Below are positions 49,447-62,189 of a stretch of DNA of 64,000 nucleotides, piece by piece. The DNA lies in the NCBI RefSeq assembly GCF_006345805.1, contig NC_043000.1, positions 9,114,001 to 9,178,000 of the forward strand, read 5' to 3'. Position 1 is the first letter of the stretch; every line of letters begins with the position of its first letter. This DNA is from Octopus sinensis (taxonomy: Eukaryota). Below the pieces are notes generated by a model, which worked only from the letters and a program-made list of their open reading frames with translations, searched no databases and had not been told where the DNA came from. Both the position numbers and the translations under genes were made by a program.

Positions 49447-50107
49447 TATATATATATACATATATGTGGGTGTGGGTATGGTGTGTATGTAAGATATATA
49501 TATATATATATTATATCACAAAAATACTCGCACATGTACTGGTGCTGTTGTTCAGTTAAAGTGCTTTTTTTCTCCCGTATCGCGACTGTCATCTCGTTAG
49601 CAAGTTCTAAATCCTATACCATCTATTTGGTAGTGATTTGAAGAAAGTCGTATTCCAGCATTTTCCCCAATATTCTTTCCGCTTGTATACATTATTTTTA
49701 TCATTCTGGACCTACTCTCCCTCCCACTCGCATATTGTTGTCATCTGTAAATTAGGTTTCATACATTTTACTGTACTCTCCTCCGCCTCACAGATGTTTA
49801 CAAACACTACCACGCAGCAGATATGTACATGTATGGGTTAAATGGGTAGAAACTATATTGATACTGGATTCTTCGGCTGACGACAAGTTTTCTATGTTCC
49901 TTTGTCCTTTCCGAATACTGTTCTCCGTGCCGTTTCACTTTCATTTAAATGCGCGCGCACACCCACACACTGTTGTTCTATAGGCTAAATGAAGCAACAT
50001 ACAATATATAATCATATATGTTTAAATAAATATAACGGAACCATCATCATTTGTGTGTGTGTGTGTTTGTGTTTGTGTGTGTGTGTGTGTGTGTGTAATA
50101 ATATATA

Positions 50108-50140
<33 letters not shown>

Positions 50141-50204
50141 ATATATATACATATATAATATATATATGCATATATATCATCATATGTACATACATCTATA
50201 CGTA

Positions 50205-50392
50205 TATATATATGCATATTGTGGGCACAGAACGTCACGAAACATGTACAACAAAAAATACGATGTACGAGTACATGGAATATGAACTATTTTTCGAACA
50301 ACGAAAAACACAAATGTAAAACAAGACAAGCAATATAAAGTATAACCCTTCATCAGTTGTTGGCTGTTTTCCTACTCTCGTATTTCGAGCAT
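50205..50392 (-). repeat. Penelope pseudo-LTR-like repeat, family B
   Basis: Close homology to 17570-17750 (GTGGGCACAGAACGTCACGAAAC...CCCTTCATCAG...TCGTATTTCGAGCA). Confidence 0.8.
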
Positions 50393-50429
50393 TTCAGTAT
50401 GTATGTATGCATGTATGTATGTATGTATA

Positions 50430-50640
50430 TGTTTGCGTGCCTGTGTGTGTGTTCCCAACATCACTTGACAACCAGTGATGATGTGTTTACGTCTCCGTAA
50501 CTTGGCGGTTTGGCAAAAGAGACCGATAAAATCGGCTTCCAAAGAATAAGTCCTGGGGTCGATTTGCTCGACTAAAGGCGGTGCTCCAGCATCCCCACAG
50601 TCAAATGATTGAAACAAATAAAAGAATAAAATAATAAAAG
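50430..50640 (+). mobile_element. SINE family A 3' half
   Basis: CTTGACAACCAGTGATG...GGGGTCGATTTGCTCGACTAAAGGCGGTGCTCCAGCAT...TGATTGAAACAA. Confidence 0.85.
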
Positions 50641-50899
50641 AATATAACTAGTAGAGATTCGAATATCTGTGAAGTTTTGACTTAATTTTGAAAATCTGGT
50701 TGCTAACGTCTTTGATGATGACAATGTATATAACAAGGCTAAATCCAAGTTTCTACAATTTATCTGCTGGTTAACGACGGTTTTCCATTCTGTATAAAAT
50801 GAGTGATACCAGTCTCGAGAAACACATACGCGTCCGGGAATAATTTGTGTACAATTCAGTAATCACACACATGTCTATTATGGCCTTTTTTTTCTTTTG

Positions 50900-51240
50900 C
50901 TTCTCTACGGACCTTTCCTCTTCCCATTTCTGACGAAGAGCCATGCTCGAAACGTTTCACACACACATACCTTTCTTCCTTTCATCTTAAACTGAGCGTC
51001 AGCTAAATACATTTATTGTCTTCGTCCTTTTGTTGCTTTTGTTGATTATTTTTATTTTCGATTTACCTATATATATTTTTTTTTTCTCCTTGTTTCTTTC
51101 CTTGTTTTCTGTGTCCCTTTCTGTTGAAGAGCGTAGGCTCGAAACGTAAAAGACATTTTCTATTCCTGAGCGTTATACTAATACATCTGTTTGTTTTGTA
51201 CACCACCTGTCTTTTGTTTTTTTTTTTCGTAAACTCTACC
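50900..51240 (+). repeat. Two adjacent solo Penelope pseudo-LTRs, each with a hammerhead-like core
   Basis: CTGACGA-A-GAGC(CAT)GCTC-GAAACGT at 50930-50955 and CTGTTGA-A-GAGC(GTAG)GCTC-GAAACGTAAAAGA at 51121-51153. Both are followed by similar CTGAGCG..TA(A)ATACA blocks and (TA)n. Confidence 0.75.
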
Positions 51241-51488
51241 TATATATATATATATATATATAATCCCGCTTAGATTTGATTCATTCAAATTTAATCGGGA
51301 TTGTGAACGGTGGAATGATCACATCAGGCAAATCGCAGCAAGTATTGCTAGATGCGTAACGATGCATTATTTTCTACTCTCTTTATTTCCTTTGCTTTTA
51401 CCCTTTAGATTTTAAGCACCCCTCGAGGGAGATTTTTGTTTCTAATAGTTTCGTTTTTCATCTCACTGCATTAAATATGCAAGAACCG

Positions 51489-51541
<53 letters not shown>

Positions 51542-51738
51542 CGTTCACATATACACACACATGTTCACATATACACACACAAATAATTACACATACATAT
51601 ATTTATATATTTGTAATGATGTCCATGCATAGGGGTATATAACAAACACACACACATATATGAATATAGGTATATCTTTATACATTCGTATGTATACATT
51701 ATAGATATGCACATACATATAAGTATATATAAATATAC

Positions 51739-51770
<32 letters not shown>

Positions 51771-52097
51771 ATATATACGAATGTATAACGATATATTTAT
51801 GATATATATGTATATATATATATACGTACTCATACTTCACACATATACTTACACGCACACACATACACAAACACATACACAGAGGCACACATATAAATAT
51901 TAAAATTGTAACCAAGGTTACTATTTTATGTTTGATAAAGATATTTTTAGTCTTGCTGGGCAAATTGGCCTGTGGTGCCTATTTTCACAGCGAGGCTAAA
52001 AACATGTTTATTAATAAGTTATGTTTATTAAACTTATAATCGTAACCTTGGTTACAAGTTTCATCTCATAAATGTTTTGTCAGTGCTCCAGTCAATT

Positions 52098-52135
<38 letters not shown>

Positions 52136-52696
52136 TGTGTGTGTGTGCGTGTGTGTATAGGGTATTCTGCGCGTGTATTATATATTCTGTATGCGTCTGC
52201 GTGTATGCGCGTGTGTGTTTGTATGTAATTATATATGCATATATATACACGCACACATGCACACATATGCACTCATACGTCCAGACATCAACGCAGAGTG
52301 TGTGTGTGAGAGAGAGAGTGAGGGAAAGGGAGGGAGTGAAAGAGAGGGGGAGAAGGGGAGAAAGAGAGAGGGAGGAAGAGAGAGAGGGAGGAAGAGAGAG
52401 AGGGAGAGAGGGAGAGGGGGAGAAAGTGAGAGGGAGGGAGGAAAAGAGAGAGCGATGGGGGGAGAGAGAGAGAGAGAGTGAGAAAGAGGAAAAGGGAGAG
52501 AGAGGGGGAGAGAGGGGGAGAGAGAGAGAGAGAGAGAGAGAATATCATTACTTTTGTTCAGCCCCAAGTCAGGCTCGATAAAGCAGACCTCTGTTTAAGA
52601 AGTCCATACCTTCACATTCTGCAGTATAGTATGTGATTTGAGGATTATTTGGCTGCTATTTCTAACAATTTGAGCGGGCACCTAAACTCTCTATCG

Positions 52697-52751
<55 letters not shown>

Positions 52752-52863
52752 ACCTGTCTCTCTCTCCCCCTTTCTCTCCCTCTCTTACTTCCCTCTCTCT
52801 CGGTCTCTCTCTCTCTCTCTCATTCCCTTCCAGTCAGTCATTCTCTATCTCGTTATATATATC

Positions 52864-53841
52864 CTTTTCTACTCTAGGCACAAGGCCCGAAATTTTGGGG
52901 GAGGGGGCTTGTCGATTAGATCTCCCCAATACGCAACTGGTACTTAATTTGTCAACCCCGAAGAGATGAAAGACAAAGTCGATCTCGGCGGAATTTGAAC
53001 TCAGAATGTAAAGACACACGAAACACCAATTTCTTTACTACCCACAAGGGGCTAAACACAGGGGACAAACAAGATCAAACGGATTAAGTCGATTTCATTG
53101 ACCCCAGTGCGTAACTGGTACTTAACTTATCGACCCCAAAATGATGAAAGGCAAAGTCGACCTCGGCGGAATTTGAACTCAGAACGCAGCGGCGGACGAA
53201 ATACCGCAAAGCATTTCGCCCGGTGTGCTAACGTTTCTTATTTCTTTATTGCCCACAAGGGGCTTAACATAGAGGGGACAAACAAGGACAGACAAACGGA
53301 TTAAGTCGATTACATCGACCCCAGTGCGTAACTGGTACTTAATTTATCGACCTCGAAAGGATGAAAGGTAAAGTCGACCTCAGCGGAATGTGAACTCAGA
53401 AGGTAACAGTAGACGAAATACCTATTTCTATTTCTTTACTACCCACAAGGGACTAAACAAAGAGAGGACAAACAAGGACAGACAAACGGATTAAGTCGAT
53501 TATATCGACCCGAGTGCGTAACTGATACTTATTTAATCGACTCCGAAAGGATGAAAGGCAAAGTCCACCTCGGCGGAATTCGAACTCGGAACGTAGCGGC
53601 AGACGAAATACCTATTTCTTTATTACCCACAAGGGTAAACATAAAGGGGACAAACAAGGACAGACATAGGTATGAAGTCGATTACATCGAGCCCAGTGCG
53701 TAACTGGTACTTAATTTATCGACCCCGAAAGGATGAAAGCAAAGTCGACCTCGGCGGAATTCGAACATGGAACGTAGCAGCAGACGAAATACCGCTAAGC
53801 ATTTCGCCCGGCGTGCAAAACGTTCCTGCCAGCTCGCCGCC
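52864..53841 (-). mobile_element. Head-to-tail pentamer of SINE family B
   Basis: Five units at about 52864-53026, 53027-53235, 53236-53421, 53422-53611 and 53612-53841. The complete head occurs only in the last unit, which is 5'-most on the minus strand. Confidence 0.9.
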
Positions 53842-54509
53842 TTATTCTCGTTATTTATATCGCTCGTCCATTTTATCATGTTTTGACAGTTCAATTACTT
53901 TTAATTCTCTCTTTCTATGTCTATTTCAGCCATGGACAACCTACTGCCCGCGGGACGTAATGAATGACATGCCTGAATTTTCTTAGTAGTGCGGCTTGCC
54001 GGATGGTGAAGCATTTCTCCTGTGGCTCGCTTCTCGAAAACGGTTGCCATGCTTGGCTGTTTCCCCAACTTTACTGCTCTCAATTGTCGAAATTGCCCTC
54101 CACCTTCCTCTCCCTCAAAGTCTTTCTATTCCCATCTACTTTTCCCTGTCTTCCCCTCTCTTTAGCTTTATCTCTCTCTTTCCATCTCTCTCACTCTTTC
54201 ACTTGTTTTTTCAGTTTTTCCTCTTCTCCTCCTTCCCTTCTCCTCCTTCTCTCTATTCCAACTCAAACGTCTATCTCTTATTCTGCCTTTTCTCTCATTC
54301 TCGTTCACTAACTCCTTCTCTCTTTATCATTCTCTTTGCCATCCTCCATTTTCTGTGTGTTTTTATCTTTCCTCTCCATCTTCCCCTCTCTCCCTCCCAT
54401 TCTCTCTCCACAACTTTCTCTTTGTTGAAATTTCCATCTCTTCCTTTCTTTCTCTCGCTTTCTTTCGCCTTTTTTCTTTCTCTTTATTTCTTTCGCTTTA
54501 TCCCTCATC

Positions 54510-54565
<56 letters not shown>

Positions 54566-54645
54566 TTAGCCTTTTCTCCTTTTCATCTATGCATTTCTGC
54601 TTCTCTGTTTGACACTCGTTTTTCTTTGTATCTCATTCCGTTTTT

Positions 54646-54745
54646 NNNNNNNNNNNNNNNNNNNNNNNNNNNNNNNNNNNNNNNNNNNNNNNNNNNNNNN
54701 NNNNNNNNNNNNNNNNNNNNNNNNNNNNNNNNNNNNNNNNNNNNN
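54646..54745. other. Assembly gap (100 N)
   Basis: Run of exactly 100 N. Confidence 1.
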
Positions 54746-54981
54746 TTAAGTTTGCCCAAAACAAACGAATGTGCAAACTGTTTAATCGCACAGACCGGCA
54801 GCGCAACAAATGAAACGACGCGAATCAACTCGAACCAAGTAGGGAACTCACTTCTCTTTCTTTCAGTGGACTCGCTCGACCTGCTAAAATTTAACCGCAA
54901 CCTGTCCTACACACCCATTTCATCAAAAAAAGGTCTCGTTTTAAATAATTAAGAAGATATATTGACAATTTAATTACTGAT

Positions 54982-55025
<44 letters not shown>

Positions 55026-55035
<10 letters not shown>

Positions 55036-55365
55036 TTATAGAGACAAAACCACTATTTGCAAAACAAACAAGGAAAGACTTAATCAATACATAAAATTTT
55101 AATAAATAGTCAAAAAAACCGCCACTAACAATCGTTTCTTGTCTTGATCGACAATCTTCAGGTGGACTTCCAATAAGTCAGTTTCAAATTATGACTTCAT
55201 AATTTGAAACTGACTTATTGGAAGTCCACCTGAAGATTGTCGATCAAGACAAGAAACGATTGTAGTGGCGGTTTTTTTGACTATTTATTAAAATTTTATG
55301 TATTGATTAAGTCTTTCCTTGTTTGTTTTGCAAAATAGTGGTTTTGTCTCTAATAATATTTTATA
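55026..55365. repeat. Near-perfect palindrome (~169-bp arms, 2-bp spacer CT at 55195-55196) of a hammerhead-bearing pseudo-LTR
   Basis: The arms are reverse complements apart from a few 1-nt indels. The palindrome is flanked by (TA)n on the left; on the right a short unique extension leads to (TA)n. Confidence 0.96.
55226..55268 (+). ncRNA. Complete minimal type I hammerhead ribozyme
   Basis: CCAC-CTGAAGA-TTGTC(GATCAA)GACAA-GAAA-C(GATT)G-TA-GTGG. All catalytic core bases are present, stems I, II and III pair, and cleavage is predicted after GUA at 55264. Confidence 0.78.
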
Positions 55366-55444
55366 ATATTTTACTATAAAATTGGATTTAATCCTAAATC
55401 TGATTTTTTTCCCTGTAAATTTGGATTTATTCCCTAATATTTAT

Positions 55445-55520
<76 letters not shown>

Positions 55521-56693
55521 TATATCGACGCGAAATAATCTAATAAAAGTAACAAAACGTAGAACTTGATAACTCATAAAATCTACTAAAATACATTAAT
55601 TAAAAATATATTAATTAAAAACGTAATATATTTCGCTTGAAGCCAAATATAATACAGTAAAGTTAGTTACGCATGCTAGATTCTTCGCCATAAAAGCACG
55701 TGGTGGCAAGTCTTTAATTTATCTCCAGCCAAATGTAAGAAAGAAAAAGAATTATTTTCTTTTCTCTTGTGAAAGAAAACTTCTTCGTACAAGCACGAGG
55801 GTTTGGACTGTACCTTTTACGATAAGTATCGCTTCCAGTTCTTTGATTATTAATCTTTTATTTTCCTTTAATATAAGCTAACATCTCAGTTACGATTTAC
55901 GACGCCATCTTTGTTTACATTCTGAGAATAACTTTCTTTCGATTTCTGTTTCGCTTTCAATCTACCTTTAATTTCATTTCTATAAAACCAACATTTAAAA
56001 ATTCTTTTCATATGTTTATTTTCCTGTAATTAGTTTAGAATTAAATAGTGCCTTCATTTCCTCACCCTCTTCTACCTCCTCTCTCCTCCCTTACATATAT
56101 TCCCCCACTTCCAGCTCCTTTCTCCCTTCCTTTATCTCTCTTTACGCTTACCCTCTCCCTCTCTCTTGTATATCTTACTCTTTTTCTCATCTCTCCTCCT
56201 CCCTTTCATATCCTTCTCTTCTCTCATTTCTCTTTCCTTTCCATCTCACATCTACCTCTCCTCTCGTCACCTCACCCTCTCTCTCATATACATCTCATTC
56301 GCCCATTCTTCTCACTCCGTCTCTCACATCCTTTACCCTGTCTCTCCTTCACTCTGTCTCTCTTTCTCTTGCTATCCTCTCCCTCCCTCTGTTTTCTCTT
56401 TCTCTTCCCCTCCTCTCCTTCACTCTGCCTCGCTTGCTCTTCCCCTCTTCTCCTTAACTCCTTCTATTCCCCGCCTCTCCCCTCCCCTACCTTCCTCTAT
56501 CTCTTTAACACAACACATCCCCTTGCTTTCCTCCTATCACCCTCTCGATTTCTTTCATAGCACCTCTCTCTCTTTCCTTCCTATCTCCCTCTTTCTTTCC
56601 CTACTTCCCCCCTCTGTGTTTCTCCGTCTCTACCTCTCTCTATACCTCATTACCTCTGTAGCCTCTACTCCCCCTCTGGACCTCAAAACGAAG

Positions 56694-57506
56694 ATGGCAC
56701 CAAAGTGGGAAAAGAAAGAGTTAAATCTTCTGCTGAGAGCATAGACGATTGCTAGTGGCGATCCGCCGAACAACATCATCACTGCCGCGCTAAAGAACAA
56801 TGGATTTCATAGAACCATTGACTAAATAGAACGAAAAAAAGGTGAATTTATCCGGTCTTACATTCTTATAAGACCACACATCAAAACACTGGATAACATA
56901 ATTGAAAATTATTGTGGCAAGGCTGATGAGGATGAAGAGGACGAAAAATAGAAGGAAGCCGGAAGTCTCTGTGATTCAGGGGTTCCTCAGGAAAATGGAT
57001 CACCTACCCCAGTAAACGACCAGGTAGTGAAGGATAGGGGAGCCAAGGGAGCAGAAACCGGAAGCCCCCCACCTGTACCGGTGGTCCTACAAAGAAATGA
57101 ACAATTAGAAAAACAGAAGAAAAAAGGAAGGACCGAAAACAAAAATAAGGAGGGAAAAGGAGGAAAAGGCAAAACAACCAAAGCTGAAACCCCAACCCAC
57201 CACACAAACAGCAGAGAACGCCCTGGAGGATCCAATGCCACCCAGTACACTTCAGGAAAGAAGAAATTTGGAAGGCACCGAAGAACCTGTAAATTCTACC
57301 TGCGGGGCAAATGTTGGCATGGTGAGGACGGCAAAAACTGCCGGTTCGCCCACCCGACACCCCGCCAGAACTTCAGGGCACTCAAAGAGAAGAGCTTTAC
57401 TGAGGGAACACAAGAAATGTCTCCCAGGAAAACTTTCAAAAACGAAGTGCGCTCCTCAGATGTTCTGCGCAACGCAGCAGCTGAGCAAGTGTCTTTTTAT
57501 GCATAG
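56694..57506 (+). pseudogene. Decayed LINE ORF1-like protein: Myb/SANT-like N-terminus, acidic/basic linker, CCCH zinc finger
   Basis: One frame from ATG 56694 through the 57027-57506 ORF, broken by three stops (56742, 56823, 56949). It includes MAPKWEKKELNLLL...LKNNGFHRTID*IERKK and CKFYLRGKCWHGEDGKNCRFAH (57288-57353, C-x7-C-x8-C-x3-H). Confidence 0.65.
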
Positions 57507-57629
57507 CACAAAGAACTATCCGGCAGCTAACCTGGCTACACCAAGCACAGAGAAGGAACCATGCCCACCACTATGCAAGACCACCACAGTCAACAGACAC
57601 GGGATGGCCTCCCTAACGCCTGCACAGCC

Positions 57630-57749
57630 GCCACCCCAATACTTTTACTAAATATTGCGGGCCTGTTGCATCAAAATAGAAACAAAATTTATGATGTCCA
57701 TAAATATAGCGATAAAGCTGTAGATATGAATTTGAGGAACATGAAGTAG
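57630..57749 (+). mobile_element. Probable start of LINE ORF2 endonuclease downstream of ORF1
   Basis: PILLLNIAGLLHQNRNKI resembles the N-terminal NxxGL motif of APE endonucleases in CR1/L2-group ORF2. Confidence 0.5.
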
Positions 57750-58165
57750 GATGCCAAACAGACCAAAATTAAGTTCACAACTAACTGTTGTAATAAAAAT
57801 TTCCTTAGTTATAAGAATGGTAGTAAGGGCAGGTTAAGGAATCAAGTTAGTTGAAGAAATTCATATCTACAGCTTTATCGGTACATTTACCTTCTCTAAG
57901 ATGTTACTAATTGATTTGAGAACTTTATATTATTGGAAAACCTATGTGAAATTAGTTGAAGGTTACTTGACATATTATATCTGCTGCAATATTTACAGCT
58001 TTTAATAAAATGTTGTAGTATGAAACAATTGTACTAAATTACCGGATCCATTCTTGTTGCTTATTTTTGATTATAATCACCCCGCATATTTTTATGGGTA
58101 ATACCATAAAAAGATTCTGGTGCATCTAAATTAAGTACCATATTCATTTGAATTTAAATTGTTTG
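57750..58165 (+). repeat. Single-arm copy of the 27825 pseudo-LTR-like family
   Basis: TTTAATAAAATG..GTA..TGAAACAATTGTACTA...TTGTTGCTTATTTTTGATTATAATCACCCC...AAGTACCATATT...TGCTGAA aligns with 28045-28215 and ends in (TA)n. Confidence 0.8.
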
Positions 58166-58168
58166 CTG

Positions 58169-58216
<48 letters not shown>

Positions 58217-58227
58217 TATATATATAT

Positions 58228-59015
<788 letters not shown>

Positions 59016-59123
59016 TATATATATATAGATGGAATGTTTCCCGGTTGGAAATTTCTTTGAACGCATGTCTGTTAAATTAGGGTCTAATTCGGAGTTAAAG
59101 AAGAAGAAGAATAACAACAACAA

Positions 59124-59154
<31 letters not shown>

Positions 59155-60565
59155 GACGACGAAAGGAACAACAACGATGAGAATAATAATAATAGATGCA
59201 ACAAATACAACGAATGTGCTTGAGTGTATTCTTTTTATTTTTTTAGAGCAAGTCTCTCCTCTTTTGCCTGTTCATTACCTCGTACCAATTTTATTGAAAT
59301 AAGAAGACATATGAACTAAGTTGCATCTGAGTAAAACAAGAAATTAAAACCTGAAACACTTTTTTGTAATATCTAGGATACACGGAAAGTGATGATGATC
59401 TGCGTCTGCAACAGTTGATTTATAAAAATTTGTAGATGATTATAAGTCACATAGAGGTCTTCGCTGTCATGAGTAAAAAATCTAACGTTTCGGATAATTT
59501 GTTTTAAGGTAACTATTATATTCCGTCATAGAGCGCCGGAAAAAGTGTTGTAATGAAATTCTTAGACCAGGATTCGAGATTTAATCCATATTTTCTTATA
59601 AGTTCTCTACCTATTGTTTTCGCCTGTTATGAGAGTAAACTGACGTCTTAGCATTTTTCGAGTCATACATGGATCAAAACTGATACAGGGAAAAATCTTT
59701 TGCATTTTACATAGCCTGAATCAATTCTGGTTAGGAAGAATATAAATACGCCCAAAAATCAGTTTTATCTTTCTTTGGTTCCTCTGCTGCTGGTCAGAGA
59801 ACATCTCTCTAACTTCGAGTATTGCCTACTATCGTGTGATGACACATTTGTTACACTTTCTACTTGCCTAAACTCTATAACCCTTTCTATCTCTAGTAGT
59901 CACACACAACTGAATTTACTATCTATACAACGACCTATAGAATAACAAATAACCTGAGTGCAAATATAACTATAAGAAGTTGTCTTTTACATAGTAACGA
60001 CTATAGAAACGATAAAAATATTAATAAAGGTCCATCTCAACAACCAATTAATATTTTTCCTCTCTCATTCACTCGATGCATATTATCTTTACATATGATT
60101 GTTTTAATTGGTGATCTCCGCTGTAAATAAATCGTTAAACTTGAACATTATACATTGAGGTTACAAATTGCTGACCTTCCACTCAAGAAGTGCCTGCCTT
60201 CTCTATGGAATGCTGTATGGAACGTTACACATAATCGTTACAAATTGGTGACTCTAAAGTTCATCGATCGTTTGCAGTATTTGCTCCCAATTCTTTGCAT
60301 TCTTAGTTCAAATATCACCGAGGTCAACTTTGCCTTTCATCCTTTTCACGGCTGACAAAATAATGTGCAAGTGCAGCACTGGGATCGGAGTTGTGTGTTG
60401 TGTGTGTGTGTGTGTGTGTGAAAGAGAGAGAGAGAAAGAGAGAGAGAGACAGAGAGAGAAAACAGAGATAGAAAGACAGAGAGAAAAGAGAAAGAGAGAA
60501 ACATACATATAATATATATATATATATATATTCATACATGCATACATAGGTACTTGTGCATATAC

Positions 60566-60621
<56 letters not shown>

Positions 60622-60743
60622 TTTTATACTTTTCATCTCTAAGGTTGTGACTACGTTGAAGCACCGCCATATATATATATATGTGTGTGTATGTAGGTAT
60701 ATGCGTATGTATGTATGTATGAATAAATTTATATGCTTGAATA

Positions 60744-60992
60744 TCGGGTTGGTCAAAAGGTTCGTTCGCTTTCTTCCTTTGCGCATATGTACTCGTTGGC
60801 TACATGATTCACGTAGTTCTACGCGGACTTGCGACAAGACAGGTTTTTATTTTGTGAGCTTGAGTTCACCCTGAAAATGGAGAGCCAAAACGAACGTTAT
60901 CGTCAAGTCATGCCTTTTTTTGTTTTCACAAAGGCAAAAATGCACTTGTCTTATTTTCCTCTAAAAAAGCGAACGAACTCTTTGAGCAATTA
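60744..60992 (+). mobile_element. Internally deleted mariner MITE
   Basis: Inverted ends TTGGTCAAAAGGTTCGTTCGCTTT and AAAGCGAACGAACTCTTTGAGCAA. ATG at 60877 gives MESQNERYRQVM..FHKGKNA, a mariner N-terminus. Confidence 0.72.
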
Positions 60993-60993
60993 A

Positions 60994-61075
<82 letters not shown>

Positions 61076-61076
<1 letters not shown>

Positions 61077-61612
61077 TTATTCGGTTTTAATTCAAGATTT
61101 CTTGCCAGTAGAAAAGAGCCGGTTTCTAACTTAAATCCAAGGCTCTTTCATTGGAATTTCAACATCATCAACAGGATATTTTTGTGTGTGGGTGCGTACG
61201 TAGTATGTATGTATGTATGTATGTATGTATGTATGTATGTATGTATGTATGTATGTATGTATGTATGTATGTATGTATGTATGTATGTATGTATGTATTG
61301 CAAATTTGTATGTTTTGTTCTATGTATATATTCTCATGCATATAGTTATATATAAAGACATGCACATATATATTTAAATGATAAACTTCTGGGAAGTTTT
61401 ACAGAATCTTACAGTTCCACTGATGGATTGGATCTGTAGTCTTCGAATTATCTTTTTCCTTCCTAGTTTTGAGAAACCTAATTTCTTAAGATTGGTATTT
61501 AGTCAGCGTGTTATATATCGCAGGGCTCCAATAACTACAGGCATGAACCTGAACTTGTAATCTGCATAGTACAACTTCAGATTTTTCAATAGTTCAGCGT
61601 AGGTATCCTTCC
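61076..61612 (-). mobile_element. R4/Dong-type RLE LINE 3' end (endonuclease C-terminus and 3' UTR)
   Basis: KDTYAELLKNLKLYYADYKFRFMPVVIGALRYIT..LKKLGF...IQSISGTVRFCK fits the K..Y..L....PVVIGALG RLE motif. The UTR carries (TACA)n and a stem-loop tail as at 46680. Confidence 0.82.
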
Positions 61613-61694
61613 TGCAGCATTTGATTTCAACACAAAAAACACGAGCAACGCCGGGTCCAACAGCTAGTATATATATATATATATTATATATATA

Positions 61695-61762
<68 letters not shown>

Positions 61763-62189
61763 ATCCAAACAAGAAAAACAGAAAAAAACACACAGCAACG
61801 CGAGGACGTGGAACAATTAAAGTATTAATTGACGCTCAGGAAAGAAGTGAAGGAGGGTTATATATATATACATATATAATGTATGTGTGTGTGTATGCTT
61901 CATGTATGTATGTTTGTATATATATATATATAGTATAGTATAGTGGTAAGTGTTAACGTCCGCTGGGCAGCTAATTTCCACAACAGTACATAGCTTCTCT
62001 TCTCTATCCCAAATCCTTACATCAGATCTTTTGTGTTAAGATTTTATTAAGGTTTTCACCGGGACATTCCTCCAGTACTCCTTTTTATTATGAGTGGCTA
62101 TGGCTTCTGCCTTACTCTGAGTTCTTATTTCTTTGTTCTCGGAGTTATCCAGAGAAATTAGGTTTCCCAAAATTCTAATGGCGTCAACA

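Noticed and set aside
52864-53841. Regular repeat array resembling CRISPR
   Set aside because: The units are ~180-bp SINE bodies with no unique spacers, there are no cas genes, and the context is eukaryotic.
53996-54952. 318-aa ORF, the longest non-transposon ORF
   Set aside because: It is a CT-rich low-complexity translation that crosses the 100-N gap.
59029-59223. Poly-Asn ORF (also poly-Tyr/Leu/Asn ORFs at 42810-43453 and 48497-48913)
   Set aside because: They are (AAC)n and (ATT)n microsatellites without coding context.
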